Source of the DNA: Candidatus Poriferisocius sp.
GTDB taxonomy: Bacteria > Actinomycetota > Acidimicrobiia > Acidimicrobiales > Bin134
Assembly: GCF_965208355.1 (NCBI RefSeq)
Contig: NZ_CBDBOM010000003.1
Coordinates: 1,411,323-1,475,322, forward strand
Direction: 5' to 3'
Length of the DNA stretch: 64,000 nt
Under the pieces are notes generated by a model. That model had not been told where the DNA came from. It did no database searches and saw only the letters and a program-made list of their open reading frames with translations. The position numbers and the translations under genes were made by a program. The stretch's first letter is position 1, and the number at the start of each line of letters is the position of its first letter. This document shows positions 24,035 through 33,953 of this stretch, in pieces.

Positions 24035-25188
24035 ACAAACTCGGCTCGGAGTTGGGGGCCGTGCTGATTGAGGGCGGGGAGGGTGGGGGCAGTTTCGCTG
24101 GTGGCCTGGTCCCAGTCGGCGGTGGTGGCGGGGGCGGGCAGGTCGACGGTGCCGTCGGGGTGGGTGACAGTGATCCGGTTCAGTTGGGGGTGAGCCGAGA
24201 GCCCGGCTACGTCGTTGACAGCGCCGAAGGCCATACGGCTCTCGGCGAGCTTGCGGTGCAGTTCGTCGGTGCTCAGGCGGGCAAAGACCTCGCCAACGGC
24301 ATCGTCGGTCTCCGCCCGGTTTGTGACACGGGCCTTGTTGGTGGCGAAGCGGGGATCGTGGGCCAGCTCCGGCCGATCGAGCACTGTCTCGCACAGGGTG
24401 ACCCACTCCCGGTCGGACTGCACCGCGATGAGCAGGGTGGTGCCGTCGGCGGTGGCGAAGCCGCCGTAGGGGGCGATCGACGGGTGGGCTAAGCCAACGC
24501 GTTCAGGGGCCTGGCCGAGGTAGTCATAGTGGAGCAGGGGAACGGTCATCCACTCGGCCATAGTGGAGAACAGCGAGACCTCGATATTGGCGCCCTCGCC
24601 GGTGCGGGCTTGGCGGATCAGCGCTTGGCTGATGGCTCTAGCCGCCGCCTCGCCGGTGGCGATGTCGGCCACCGAAACCCCGACCCGGCCCAGAGGCCCC
24701 GGTGCCCCTGATACGGACACCAAACCGCTCTCAGCCTGCACCAGCAGATCGTAGGCCTTCATCTGGGCATACGGCCCGATGGGTCCATAGCCCGAGATGT
24801 CGCAGGTCACCAGTCGGGGGTGCGTCTTGCGAAGGGTTGCTGAGCCGAATCCCAGTCGCTCGGCCGCGCCCACGGCCAGGTTCTGGATGTAGACGTCGGC
24901 CCGCTCGATCATCCGACCCAGCAGTGCTTGGTCTTCGAAGCCCTTTAGGTCGAGGACGATCGACTCCTTGCCCCGGTTCAGCCAGGCGAAGTAGCTGGCC
25001 AGCCCATCGGCGGCGGCGTCGTATCCCCGGGAGAAGTCGCCCTCGGCCCGCTCGATCTTGATGACACGGGCCCCGGCGTCGGCCAGTCGACAAGATGCCA
25101 GTGGTCCCGCCACTGCTTGTTCGATAGAGACGACGAGCACACCGTCCAGCGGCTTTGCCGAGCTCACGCCAGCAACGTACTCCTGCAT
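24031..25188 (-). CDS. family III CoA-transferase (CaiB/BaiF)
   Basis: LDGVLVVSIEQAVAGPLASCRLADAGARVIKIERAEGDFSRGYD is the family III signature. ATG 25188 is preferred; the ORF-track start at 25227 would overlap the divergent gene. Confidence 0.8.
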   Translation of the reverse strand: MQEYVAGVSSAKPLDGVLVVSIEQAVAGPLASCRLADAGARVIKIERAEGDFSRGYDAAADGLASYFAWLNRGKESIVLDLKGFEDQALLGRMIERADVYIQNLAVGAAERLGFGSATLRKTHPRLVTCDISGYGPIGPYAQMKAYDLLVQAESGLVSVSGAPGPLGRVGVSVADIATGEAAARAISQALIRQARTGEGANIEVSLFSTMAEWMTVPLLHYDYLGQAPERVGLAHPSIAPYGGFATADGTTLLIAVQSDREWVTLCETVLDRPELAHDPRFATNKARVTNRAETDDAVGEVFARLSTDELHRKLAESRMAFGAVNDVAGLSAHPQLNRITVTHPDGTVDLPAPATTADWDQATSETAPTLPALNQHGPQLRAEFV

Positions 25189-25220
25189 TGGCCGAGACGA
25201 CACACCACTAAGCTGCGGCA

Positions 25221-25622
25221 ATGACACCAGACGAGATCTTGGATTTGGTCCGCGAGCATGCAGCGGCCGAAGCAGAGAACGACGCCGAGCGGACCCTGGC
25301 CACGCTGGTCGATGAGCCGACCTATGAGTTCTGGCCGATGGGCGTGGGCTTCACCGGCGGCGATCTGGCCCGGACCTTCTACCTGGAGCAGTATCCAGAG
25401 TTCGCCCAACGGGTTACCAACTACGGGGTGCTGGGGGAGTGGACTAACGACTTTTGCGGCATTCAGGAGTACTGGGTGGAGACCGACGGGGAGACCCGCC
25501 ACATGGTCATGTCCATGATGCCGGTGGAGGGCGACCTTCTAGCAGGAGAGAAGCTGTATTGCGGCGAGGCCTTCGTGGAGGCACTGCTCGGACCCCTAAC
25601 CGTGCATCTGAAGCCGCTCTAA
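25221..25622 (+). CDS. small hypothetical protein, possibly NTF2-like
   Basis: 133-aa ORF with normal composition. The stop overlaps the convergent gene end by 4 nt. No clear motif. Confidence 0.4.
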   Translation: MTPDEILDLVREHAAAEAENDAERTLATLVDEPTYEFWPMGVGFTGGDLARTFYLEQYPEFAQRVTNYGVLGEWTNDFCGIQEYWVETDGETRHMVMSMMPVEGDLLAGEKLYCGEAFVEALLGPLTVHLKPL

Positions 25623-27136
25623 CTCAACAGGTGCTTTTGCACCTTGCCGAGGGCGTTGCGGGGGAGTTCGTCAACGAGATGCAGCAGCCGGGGGTGTTTG
25701 AAGTCGGCGCATACTCCGTCTAGGTGAGACCGCAGGCTTTCGAGCGTCGGTTTCTTTTCGGTGGTGGGCACGACCCAGGCGGTGACCAGCTCGCCCCACT
25801 CTTCGTCGGGGGTGCCGGTGATTGCCACATCGTCGACATCGGAGTGGGTGCGTATGGCGTCTTCCACCTCGCGGGGATAGACGTTCAATCCTCCGGAGAT
25901 CACCAACTCCTTGGCCCGGCCTCGAAGCCTCAGGTAGCCAGCCTCGTCGAATTCGCCAAGGTCACCAGTTCGGAACCAGCCCTCGTCGTCGAACGCCTCT
26001 TCAGTGGCCTCAGGGCGGCGCCAGTAGCCGGCAAACACATTCGGCCCCCGCACCAGCACCTCGCCGTTGTCGGGGTCGAGTCGCAATTCCACCCCGGGGA
26101 GAGGAAAACCCACGGTGCCCGCTCGGCGCTCGGCGTCGTGGGGGTTGGACACCAACATGATGGTCTCGGTCATGCCGTAGCGTTCCAATACTCTCACCCC
26201 GGCAGCATCTTCCAGGCGGCGGTGCAGATCAGCAGACAGAGGTGCGGAACCAGCCACGCACAAACGCAAACGGGAGAGTTCCCCGACCTTGGGTGACTGG
26301 GCCAGTCGGGTGTACATGGTGGGCACGCCGAAGAACTGGGTGGCGTCGTGAGTATTGGCCGCGTCCAGCACGGCATCGGGAGTGAATTCGTTGAGCAACA
26401 CCGCCGAAGCGCCGGTCAACAGCGTGCCGTGCAGCCCCACGCCCAGGCCGTGCATGTGGAACAGGGGCAAGGCCAGCACCAGGCGATCCTCGGGCTCCCA
26501 CCGCCAGGCGATGCGAACTGATTCGGCACCGGCGAGCAGATTTCCGTGGGTCAGCACTGCTCCCTTGGGTACGCCGGTAGTGCCCGAGGTGTAGCCCAAC
26601 AGCGCGGGGTCGCCGCTGCCCAATTGATCCAGGCTGGGTGCGGTTGCGTCGTCGAGGTTGAGTCGGGGGGAGACCACCGTCATCTCGGGAGCAAGCTCGG
26701 CCAGCCATCGCACCCACTCGGGCTTGTCCACCACCGCAGCCCGAGGCTCAGCGTCGCTCACGATGTGGGCTAATTCGGCCTTCTGGTAGGCCCCGTTCAC
26801 TGGAACCACGATGAGACCCAGCCGCAACGCGGCCACATGAGCTACGACCAAGTCGACCGACGCTGCCGCCGACAAGATGACCCGGTCGCCCTTGCGTAGC
26901 CCCGCGCCATAGAGCCGCCCGGCCGCGGCCTTCGTGCGCCGGCCCAAGTCGCCCCTGGTAGCCCAGCCTCCACTAGCGTCCCAAAGAGTCGGCTTCGACG
27001 GCTCGACAGCCCAGCGCTTGGCCCAAGCCGCGGGCAGGCTGACTTCTTCCAGCAAGTCCACATCGCCGGGCTCTACCCCGGCGGGAAAGTGAACAGCATC
27101 GGCTCGGGGGGTGGTCACAACCCACGATATTGTCAC
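25619..27136 (-). CDS. AMP-dependent acyl-CoA synthetase
   Basis: LGYTSGTTGVPKGAVLTHGNL, YGMTE, WFRTGDLGEFDEAGYLRLRGRAKELV, ALGKVQK. GTG start at 27136. Confidence 0.85.
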   Translation of the reverse strand: MTISWVVTTPRADAVHFPAGVEPGDVDLLEEVSLPAAWAKRWAVEPSKPTLWDASGGWATRGDLGRRTKAAAGRLYGAGLRKGDRVILSAAASVDLVVAHVAALRLGLIVVPVNGAYQKAELAHIVSDAEPRAAVVDKPEWVRWLAELAPEMTVVSPRLNLDDATAPSLDQLGSGDPALLGYTSGTTGVPKGAVLTHGNLLAGAESVRIAWRWEPEDRLVLALPLFHMHGLGVGLHGTLLTGASAVLLNEFTPDAVLDAANTHDATQFFGVPTMYTRLAQSPKVGELSRLRLCVAGSAPLSADLHRRLEDAAGVRVLERYGMTETIMLVSNPHDAERRAGTVGFPLPGVELRLDPDNGEVLVRGPNVFAGYWRRPEATEEAFDDEGWFRTGDLGEFDEAGYLRLRGRAKELVISGGLNVYPREVEDAIRTHSDVDDVAITGTPDEEWGELVTAWVVPTTEKKPTLESLRSHLDGVCADFKHPRLLHLVDELPRNALGKVQKHLLS

Positions 27137-28761
27137 TCTCCGTGCCCTTGAATCTGGCCACCGCCTGGGAGGCGGCTGCCGAAGTTGTGCCGGATGCCGA
27201 TGCAGTGGTGTGTCAACCGGTCAGCCGAACCTGGCGGGAGTTCGAAGACCGGGCCTCCCGGCTGGCTGCCGCGCTGGGAGAATTCGGCATCGGCGAGGGC
27301 GACAACGTTGGGCTCTACCTCTACAACGGCAACCCCTACAGCGAGGTCACCTTTGGGGCGTTCAAGACCCGAGCGGCTCCATGCAACGTGAACTATCGCT
27401 ATCTGGCCGGTGAGTTGCAGCACTTGCTGGAGGACGCCGACGCCAAGGCAGTGTTCTTCTCACCGGAGCTGGCCGACCGGGTGGACGAGGCCCGAGCGCA
27501 CCTGCCGCTGCTGCGGGCGGCCATCTGCGTGGGCGAGCCGGGCGATCCAGTGCCCGACTGGGCGCTGGACTACGAGACGCTCATCGCCGAGAGCGACCCG
27601 GCTCCTCCCATCGGCCGCAGCCCTGACGACCTGTGGATCCTCTACACCGGCGGCACCACCGGCAAGCCCAAGGGGGTCATGTGGCCCCACAGCTCGGTGA
27701 TTGGCACCATGGCCAGTCCATTTCGGGCGCTGACGTTGCCCCTCCCGGAGACCATCGAGTTGGTGAAGTCCAACATCGCGGCCATCTACGACAGCAATCG
27801 GGTCACCCGGCAGCTTGCCGCCTCACCGCTCATGCACGGTACGGCCAGCATTTCTGCCCTGGCCACCTTCACTCAGGGCGGGGCGGTGATCACCATGCCC
27901 GAGCGCCGCTTTGACGCCGATGCCTTGTGGCGGTGCGTGCAGCGTGACCGGGCCACCGTGCTCACCATTGTGGGCGACGCCTTTGGGCGGCCCATGGCTG
28001 AGGCCCTGGACGCGGCCGCAGCCCGAGGGGAGCCCTACGATCTGTCGTCGGTGTTCATGATCATGTCCTCGGGGGTGATCTGGAGCCAGCCCGCCAAAGA
28101 AGCCTTGTTGGTACACAAGAACATGAAGCTGGTGGACTCCCTCGGTTCCAGCGAAGGCACCGGCACGGGCATGAGGATCAGCGACCGCGAGGGCGGTTCG
28201 GCCACCGCCCGGTTCACCCTGGGGGAGAACGCCGCGGTGTTCGACGAGGACGGCCATTCGGTGGAGCCCGGCTCGGGACAGCAGGGAATGGTGGCCGTGG
28301 GCGGGCCCATTCCCATCGGTTACTACAAGGATCCGGAAAAAACGGCGGCCACGTTCCGGACCATCGGCGGGCGGCGTTGGTCGGTGCCCGGCGACTGGGC
28401 CACCGTGGAGGCCGACGGCACCATCACATTGCTAGGCCGAGGCTCTGCGTGCATCAACAGCGCGGGGGAGAAGATCTACCCCGAGGAAGTGGAAGAGGCG
28501 GTGAAGGCCCATCCCGCGGTGGCCGACTGCCTGGTGGTAGGGGTGCCCGACCCCAAATGGGGCGAGGCGGTGACCGCCGTGGTGCAGATGGCCGACGTGG
28601 CCACCGACGAAGAGGTCATTGCCGATGCTCGCACCCGTTTGGCGGCCTACAAGCTCCCCAAGTCGCTCATCAGGGCCAAGGCCGTCCAGCGGGGGGCCAA
28701 CGGCAAGCCCGACTACCAGTGGGCCAAGCAATTCGCTCTCGAATCCTTGGGCGTCGATTGA
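27130..28761 (+). CDS. AMP-dependent acyl-CoA synthetase
   Basis: ILYTGGTTGKPKGVMW, WSVPGDWATVEADGTITLLGRGSACINSAGEKIYPEEVE, ANGKPDY. Start is uncertain (TTG 27130, GTG 27142 or TTG 27148). Confidence 0.85.
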   Translation: MSLSVPLNLATAWEAAAEVVPDADAVVCQPVSRTWREFEDRASRLAAALGEFGIGEGDNVGLYLYNGNPYSEVTFGAFKTRAAPCNVNYRYLAGELQHLLEDADAKAVFFSPELADRVDEARAHLPLLRAAICVGEPGDPVPDWALDYETLIAESDPAPPIGRSPDDLWILYTGGTTGKPKGVMWPHSSVIGTMASPFRALTLPLPETIELVKSNIAAIYDSNRVTRQLAASPLMHGTASISALATFTQGGAVITMPERRFDADALWRCVQRDRATVLTIVGDAFGRPMAEALDAAAARGEPYDLSSVFMIMSSGVIWSQPAKEALLVHKNMKLVDSLGSSEGTGTGMRISDREGGSATARFTLGENAAVFDEDGHSVEPGSGQQGMVAVGGPIPIGYYKDPEKTAATFRTIGGRRWSVPGDWATVEADGTITLLGRGSACINSAGEKIYPEEVEEAVKAHPAVADCLVVGVPDPKWGEAVTAVVQMADVATDEEVIADARTRLAAYKLPKSLIRAKAVQRGANGKPDYQWAKQFALESLGVD

Positions 28762-28791
28762 TTTTTCTCGCAACTCTGGAAACATAGAGCC

Positions 28792-29601
28792 ATGAGCATC
28801 AAAGTGACTGCGCTGCCGGCGGCTTTGGGAGCCACAGTGGAAGGGCTGGATGCCGATCGCCTCGACGACGAGGTGGCGGCCGAACTGCGGGAGGCCTTCT
28901 GGGCCCACAAGGTGCTGTTCTTCCCCCAGATCCACCTGACCGACGAGGAGCACGTGGCCCTGGGGTCGCTGTTCGGCGATCTGGCCGCGGTGAGCAACGA
29001 CGACACCGACCATCGAGAACACCACACGGTGGACGACGAGGGCAAAATCCTGGTCCTGGACAGCTCGAATGCTTATTCGCGGGCCAACTTCTGGCACACC
29101 GACGTGACCTTTGCCCGCCAGCCTCCGCTGGGATCGCTGCTGTCCATGAAGGAGTCTCCACCCTCTGGCGGTGACACCATGTGGGCCAACACCCAGGCCG
29201 CCTACGAGGGCCTGTCCGATCCAATCAAGGCGGCTCTTGAGGGTGTCATCGCCCGACACGGCCGGGCTGGGCTCACCGAATTCACCGACCACCCGGCTAT
29301 AACCGTCCATCCCGAGACCGGCCAACGGATCCTGTTTGTGAACCGGGGGTGGACGTCGTCGCTCCAAGGGATGAGCCACTTGGAGAGCAGGTCCCTGCTG
29401 GCGCTGTTGTGCGATCACATGGAGCAGCCCGAGTACGTCGTGAGATGGCGATGGAGCGACGGCGATGCCGCCCTGTGGGACAACCGCTGCACCATGCACT
29501 ACGCCATCAACGACTATGGCGCCGACCACCGGCGTATCCACCGCGTCACCATCTACGACCCCTCCGGCGCCGGCCCGGTAGCAGCCGCGCCCGCGGCCTA
29601 G
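28792..29601 (+). CDS. TauD/TfdA-family Fe(II)/2-oxoglutarate dioxygenase
   Basis: FWHTDVTFARQPPLGSLLSMKESPPSGGDTMWANTQAAYEGLS (HxD iron ligands) ... WDNRCTMHYA. Confidence 0.85.
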   Translation: MSIKVTALPAALGATVEGLDADRLDDEVAAELREAFWAHKVLFFPQIHLTDEEHVALGSLFGDLAAVSNDDTDHREHHTVDDEGKILVLDSSNAYSRANFWHTDVTFARQPPLGSLLSMKESPPSGGDTMWANTQAAYEGLSDPIKAALEGVIARHGRAGLTEFTDHPAITVHPETGQRILFVNRGWTSSLQGMSHLESRSLLALLCDHMEQPEYVVRWRWSDGDAALWDNRCTMHYAINDYGADHRRIHRVTIYDPSGAGPVAAAPAA

Positions 29602-29635
29602 CTATAGCGCCAAGAACGCCTTTTCGAGATCTCTG

Positions 29636-30994
29636 CTAGAGCTCCAAAAGAGCCTGTTCCACCACTTCGGTGAGCGCGGGGTGGATGTAGAGCTGGCCTC
29701 GAGCCATCTCGTCCACAGTGAGGCCGAACTGGAATCCCTGGATGAGCTGCTGGATGAGAGTGGGGGCCTGAGGGCCGATGATGTGGGCGCCTAGCAGTCG
29801 CCGGGTCTTGGGATCGGCCAGCACCTTGGCGAAGCTGGTGGTGTCCTCCATGGCCCAGCCATAGGCGGTATCGCTGTAGGGCCGAACGGCCTTCAGGTAG
29901 GGTCGCCCCTTAGCACGCAGGGCCTGTTCGGTGGCCCCGACCGCGGCCACCTGCGGATAGGCGAACACCGCGTGGGGAATGCCGGAATGATCAGGTGCCC
30001 GCAGGTCGTCGGGGTGGGCGATGTTGTGGGCTACTGCGCGGGTGTCCTCGTTGGCGGTGTGTTTGAGCTGGGCCGCATGGCAGATGTCGCCCAGCGCCCA
30101 CACCCTTTCAACATTGGTGCGGAGAAACTCATCGGTCACCACATAGCCGCGGTCGTCGAGCGACACCCCGGAACGAGTTACCCCCAGCTGTTCGCCATTG
30201 GGCACTCGGCCAGTGGCTAGCAACAGCACATCGCCGGTCACATCCCGAGCCTCGGTGTGCACTGTGATCTGCGACCCACTCTGGGACACCCCGATGATGG
30301 GGGAGCCGAGGGCGCAGTCCATCCGTTGAGCCACGATTTTGGTGAACGCGGCCGACACCTCCTCGTCCTCGGCCCGCAGCAACCGGTCTGAGCGGTTCAC
30401 GATCGACACCGACACCCCCATGGCGTCAAATACGTGGCCCAGCTCGGCGGCGATGTAGCCGCCGCCCAAGATCACCAGCCGCTCGGGCAGCGACTCCAGG
30501 CGCATGACGGTGTCGGAGGTGTGGTAGGGAACCTCGTCTAGACCAGAGATCGGGGGGATGAACGGCCGGGCCCCGGCGGCTAGCACGATGTGGTCGCCGG
30601 TGAGCTGGTGCCCATTCACCTCTAGCACCTTGTGGCCGACAAAGCGGGCGTCACCGTTGAAAACGGTAACGTTGTCCAAGCTGTGGCGGTAGTCTTCCCC
30701 GCCCTGGGCGATGGGGTCGATGCGCCCGAACACCCGCCCCACGATCTCGGGCCAGCGCACACCGTCGAGCGTGCTGTCCACCCCCAAGTGCCCGGTGCGG
30801 CCGGCCTGATGGGCCATGTCGGCGGCGTACACGAACATCTTGGAGGGTATGCAGCCCCGGTTGAGGCAGGTGCCGCCGAACACATCCCGTTCGATCAGTG
30901 CCACTCGCCAGTCGTCGAAATCCGGGGTCAGGACACTGTTGCCCGACCCGGTGCCCACCACCACCAGGTCGAATTGCTCGGGTGATTGAGACAT
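29636..30994 (-). CDS. mtr: mycothione reductase-like pyridine nucleotide-disulfide oxidoreductase
   Basis: FDLVVVGTGSGNSVL...FGGTCLNRGCIPSKMFVYAA (redox CxxxxC). The N-terminus closely resembles actinobacterial Mtr rather than Lpd. C-terminal dimerisation domain is present. Confidence 0.7.
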   Translation of the reverse strand: MSQSPEQFDLVVVGTGSGNSVLTPDFDDWRVALIERDVFGGTCLNRGCIPSKMFVYAADMAHQAGRTGHLGVDSTLDGVRWPEIVGRVFGRIDPIAQGGEDYRHSLDNVTVFNGDARFVGHKVLEVNGHQLTGDHIVLAAGARPFIPPISGLDEVPYHTSDTVMRLESLPERLVILGGGYIAAELGHVFDAMGVSVSIVNRSDRLLRAEDEEVSAAFTKIVAQRMDCALGSPIIGVSQSGSQITVHTEARDVTGDVLLLATGRVPNGEQLGVTRSGVSLDDRGYVVTDEFLRTNVERVWALGDICHAAQLKHTANEDTRAVAHNIAHPDDLRAPDHSGIPHAVFAYPQVAAVGATEQALRAKGRPYLKAVRPYSDTAYGWAMEDTTSFAKVLADPKTRRLLGAHIIGPQAPTLIQQLIQGFQFGLTVDEMARGQLYIHPALTEVVEQALLEL

Positions 30995-31884
30995 CAGCCG
31001 CCCTGAGGAGGCCCTTTGGCGGTTTGGTCCTCGTCGATGAGCTGGCCCCGGAAGCTGGGGTTGCGGCCCAACTGAATGTCCTCATGGCGGTTCATAATGG
31101 CCGGGGCGTACACGTAGTCGGTCCAGATGTAGAACTGGTTGTCGAGTACGGCCTGATACACCAACTCGGCCACCTCGGGCGGTTTTACAGCGTCCTCGTA
31201 CATGGCCATCATCATCTGGATCCGCTCCTCGTCTTCGGCGGTGGGATCGGGCGGGATGATCGGCGAGCGCAGCGTCTCGGGGCGGTTGCGCTCGGAGTTG
31301 ATGATGTTGGTGGTCACCAATCCAGGACACAACACAGACACCCCTACCGACGATCCGCTCTCCTGGAGTTCGTGGTAGAGCGTCTCGGAAATGGTCACCA
31401 CCGCATGCTTGGATGCGTTGTAGGGGCCGATGTTGGGGTAGGAGGTGTGCCCGGCGACCGACCCGGTGTTCACGATGTGGCCGTCGCCGTGCTCCATCAG
31501 GTGGGGCAAGAACGCTCGGATACCGTGGATCACCCCCCAAAGGTTCACCCCCAGAATCCACTGCCAATCGGCAGTGGTCAGGGTGTGCATCAACCCGCCG
31601 GAACCTACTCCAGCGTTGTTGCACACCACGTTGACCTGCCCGAACCGGGAGAAGGCCGCTTCGGCCAGATCGTCCATGTCCCCCTCCGAGCTCACGTCGG
31701 TGAGCACACCCACGGCGTCCACGCCGGCGTCGTTCAACTCGGCCACCGCGGCGTCCATAGCCGGCCCCTCCACGTCAGCGATCATGAGGCGGGCCCCAGC
31801 CGCCCCAAATCGATCGGCCATGGCCCGGCCCATACCGCTGGCCCCGCCGGTGATGACTGCTGCTTTGCCCTCAAGAGTGTCCAT
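30994..31884 (-). CDS. SDR-family oxidoreductase
   Basis: KAAVITGGASGMGRAMA, NNAG, YNASKHAV. Confidence 0.85.
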   Translation of the reverse strand: MDTLEGKAAVITGGASGMGRAMADRFGAAGARLMIADVEGPAMDAAVAELNDAGVDAVGVLTDVSSEGDMDDLAEAAFSRFGQVNVVCNNAGVGSGGLMHTLTTADWQWILGVNLWGVIHGIRAFLPHLMEHGDGHIVNTGSVAGHTSYPNIGPYNASKHAVVTISETLYHELQESGSSVGVSVLCPGLVTTNIINSERNRPETLRSPIIPPDPTAEDEERIQMMMAMYEDAVKPPEVAELVYQAVLDNQFYIWTDYVYAPAIMNRHEDIQLGRNPSFRGQLIDEDQTAKGPPQGG

Positions 31885-31960
31885 GGGCCGACGCTACCGC
31901 TTGCCTGGAGGCCGAGCCGATGTCGGCGGGGAGGAAAGCAAGACCACTAGGGTTCCCGCC

Positions 31961-33001
31961 GTGAACAAGGTAAACGCCGTAGTGATGTACCCGCTGGCCA
32001 TGGATGAGTCGGAGCTCGACGACCTTCACCGCCGGTTTCCCTCAGTGCAGTTCCACAACATTCCCTATTTCGAACCCCACGGGCTGCGGGACGCCAAAGC
32101 CAAGGGCCGGGTTACCGAGGAGCTGCTGGCCACCGCACCGCCACTGTCGGATTCGGAGCGGGCAACGATCGCCGAGGCCGACGTGATGATGGTTCTCGAC
32201 CTGCCCCATGGGATCTGGGATCGGGCGACCCGGCTGCGCTGGGTGCAGGCCATCGGGGCGGGCATCGGCCAGTTGGAGCCGGCCAAATTCAAGGCCAAGG
32301 GCATCGAGTTGACCAATGCTGCAGGGGTGGCGTCGGTTCCGATTGCCGAGTTCGCCATCGGCCGCCTGTTAGAGGTGTGGAAGGACATCCGGGTGCTGGA
32401 ACGCCAGCAAAAGGACCATCACTGGCAGATGCACCAGGGCTTGTTGATGAAGGGGAAGACCATCGGCATCGTTGGCCTGGGAGCCATCGGCCGGGATGTG
32501 GCCCGCCGGGCCAAAGCCTTCGAGACCACCGTGCTGGGCAACCGCCGTTCGGCCCGGACCGGCGACACCGATCCCGACGTCGACGGGCTGTTCGGCCCTG
32601 ATGGACTGGATCAGATGCTGGCCCGCTGCGATGCGGTGGTTTTGAGCGCACCCCATACACCAGAGACCATTGACCTGTTCGACGCCGAACGCCTCGGGCA
32701 GCTCAAGCCCGGGGTAGTGCTGGTGAATGTGGGTCGGGGAACGATCATCGACGAGCCCGCGCTGGTGGCTGCGTTGGAGTCGGGGCAGGTAGGGGCCGCG
32801 GTCCTAGACGTGACCCGGGAGGAGCCGCTGCCAGCGAACAGCCCGCTGTGGGATGCCCCCAACATGTACTTGTCTCCCCACTGCTCCACCGCCCGAGAGG
32901 GATACAACGAGGCCCTGATGGAGCTGTTCTGCGACAACCTGGAACGCTTTCTGGCCGACGAACCGCTGCGCAACGTGGTGGATCCCGACCGGGTCTATTA
33001 G
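31961..33001 (+). CDS. D-isomer-specific 2-hydroxyacid dehydrogenase
   Basis: In-frame GTG 31961. The 518-aa ORF-track form is antisense junk over the SDR gene. GKTIGIVGLGAIGRDVARRA (NAD site), VNVGRG, LDV...EPL, SPH. Confidence 0.8.
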   Translation: MNKVNAVVMYPLAMDESELDDLHRRFPSVQFHNIPYFEPHGLRDAKAKGRVTEELLATAPPLSDSERATIAEADVMMVLDLPHGIWDRATRLRWVQAIGAGIGQLEPAKFKAKGIELTNAAGVASVPIAEFAIGRLLEVWKDIRVLERQQKDHHWQMHQGLLMKGKTIGIVGLGAIGRDVARRAKAFETTVLGNRRSARTGDTDPDVDGLFGPDGLDQMLARCDAVVLSAPHTPETIDLFDAERLGQLKPGVVLVNVGRGTIIDEPALVAALESGQVGAAVLDVTREEPLPANSPLWDAPNMYLSPHCSTAREGYNEALMELFCDNLERFLADEPLRNVVDPDRVY

Positions 33002-33037
33002 GAATGCGTCATAGCCAAACCGTCGAGGAGAAAACTG

Positions 33038-33940
33038 ATGCCGTCAGACGCCTATAACGCCGCGGTCGCCGCCATCAAGGAGCAGATGCAAAAGGCGAAC
33101 GCCGGACCGCCGCCTGACCTGGAGACGACTCGGGCTGGATTTGAGGCGTCGTACAGCTCAAGGCCCATTCCCGATAGGGTGAGTGTCACTCCGGTAGACG
33201 CCGGTGGAGTGCCTGCTGAATGGGTGACACCCCCCGAAGTGGAGGGAAACCGGACCATCATCTATCTGCACGGCGGCGGCTATGTAGTGGGCAACCTCAA
33301 CACCCACCGCCATGTGGTGAGCCGATTGGCGGTCGAGGCCAAGGCCCGGCTGTTGAATGTGGACTACCGCCTCGCTCCCGAAAATCCCTACCCGGCCGCG
33401 CTGGACGACGCCATGGCGGCGTGGCAATGGCACCTGGCCAACGGAGGAGAGGCGGCCCACACTGCTATCAGCGGCGATTCCGCCGGTGGGGGACTGACCA
33501 TCGCGCTGTGCATGAAGCTGCGGGACGAGGGCTTGGAGCAGCCCGCCTGCGCGGCTCCCATCTCGCCGTGGACCGACTTGACGTTCTCGGGCGACTCAAT
33601 GACCGAGCGGGCTGAGCGCGATCCCATGCTGTCGGGCGGCGACGCCCTGCATGGCATGGTCATGGCTTACGCGCAAAGCGTGGACGCTGCTGACCCCTAC
33701 ATCTCGCCGGTGTTCGGCAAGTTCGAAGACCTGCCCCCCATGATGATCCAGGTGGGCACTGAGGAGGTGCTCTACGACGACAGCACTCGCGTTGTTGAGG
33801 GCATCGAGAGCGCCAGCGGCTCCGTGGAGTTCCGCCCCTGGCAAGACATGATGCACGTTTGGCACTTGCTCGCCGGCGTCGCCCCCGAAGCAGAAGAGGG
33901 CATCGCCGAGCTGGCTGCCTACATTTCCGAGCGGACGTAG
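33038..33940 (+). CDS. alpha/beta hydrolase, hormone-sensitive-lipase-type esterase
   Basis: HGGGY oxyanion motif (IIYLHGGGYVVGN) and GDSAGGG nucleophile elbow. Confidence 0.85.
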   Translation: MPSDAYNAAVAAIKEQMQKANAGPPPDLETTRAGFEASYSSRPIPDRVSVTPVDAGGVPAEWVTPPEVEGNRTIIYLHGGGYVVGNLNTHRHVVSRLAVEAKARLLNVDYRLAPENPYPAALDDAMAAWQWHLANGGEAAHTAISGDSAGGGLTIALCMKLRDEGLEQPACAAPISPWTDLTFSGDSMTERAERDPMLSGGDALHGMVMAYAQSVDAADPYISPVFGKFEDLPPMMIQVGTEEVLYDDSTRVVEGIESASGSVEFRPWQDMMHVWHLLAGVAPEAEEGIAELAAYISERT

Positions 33941-33953
33941 CCGTCCCGCCGGA

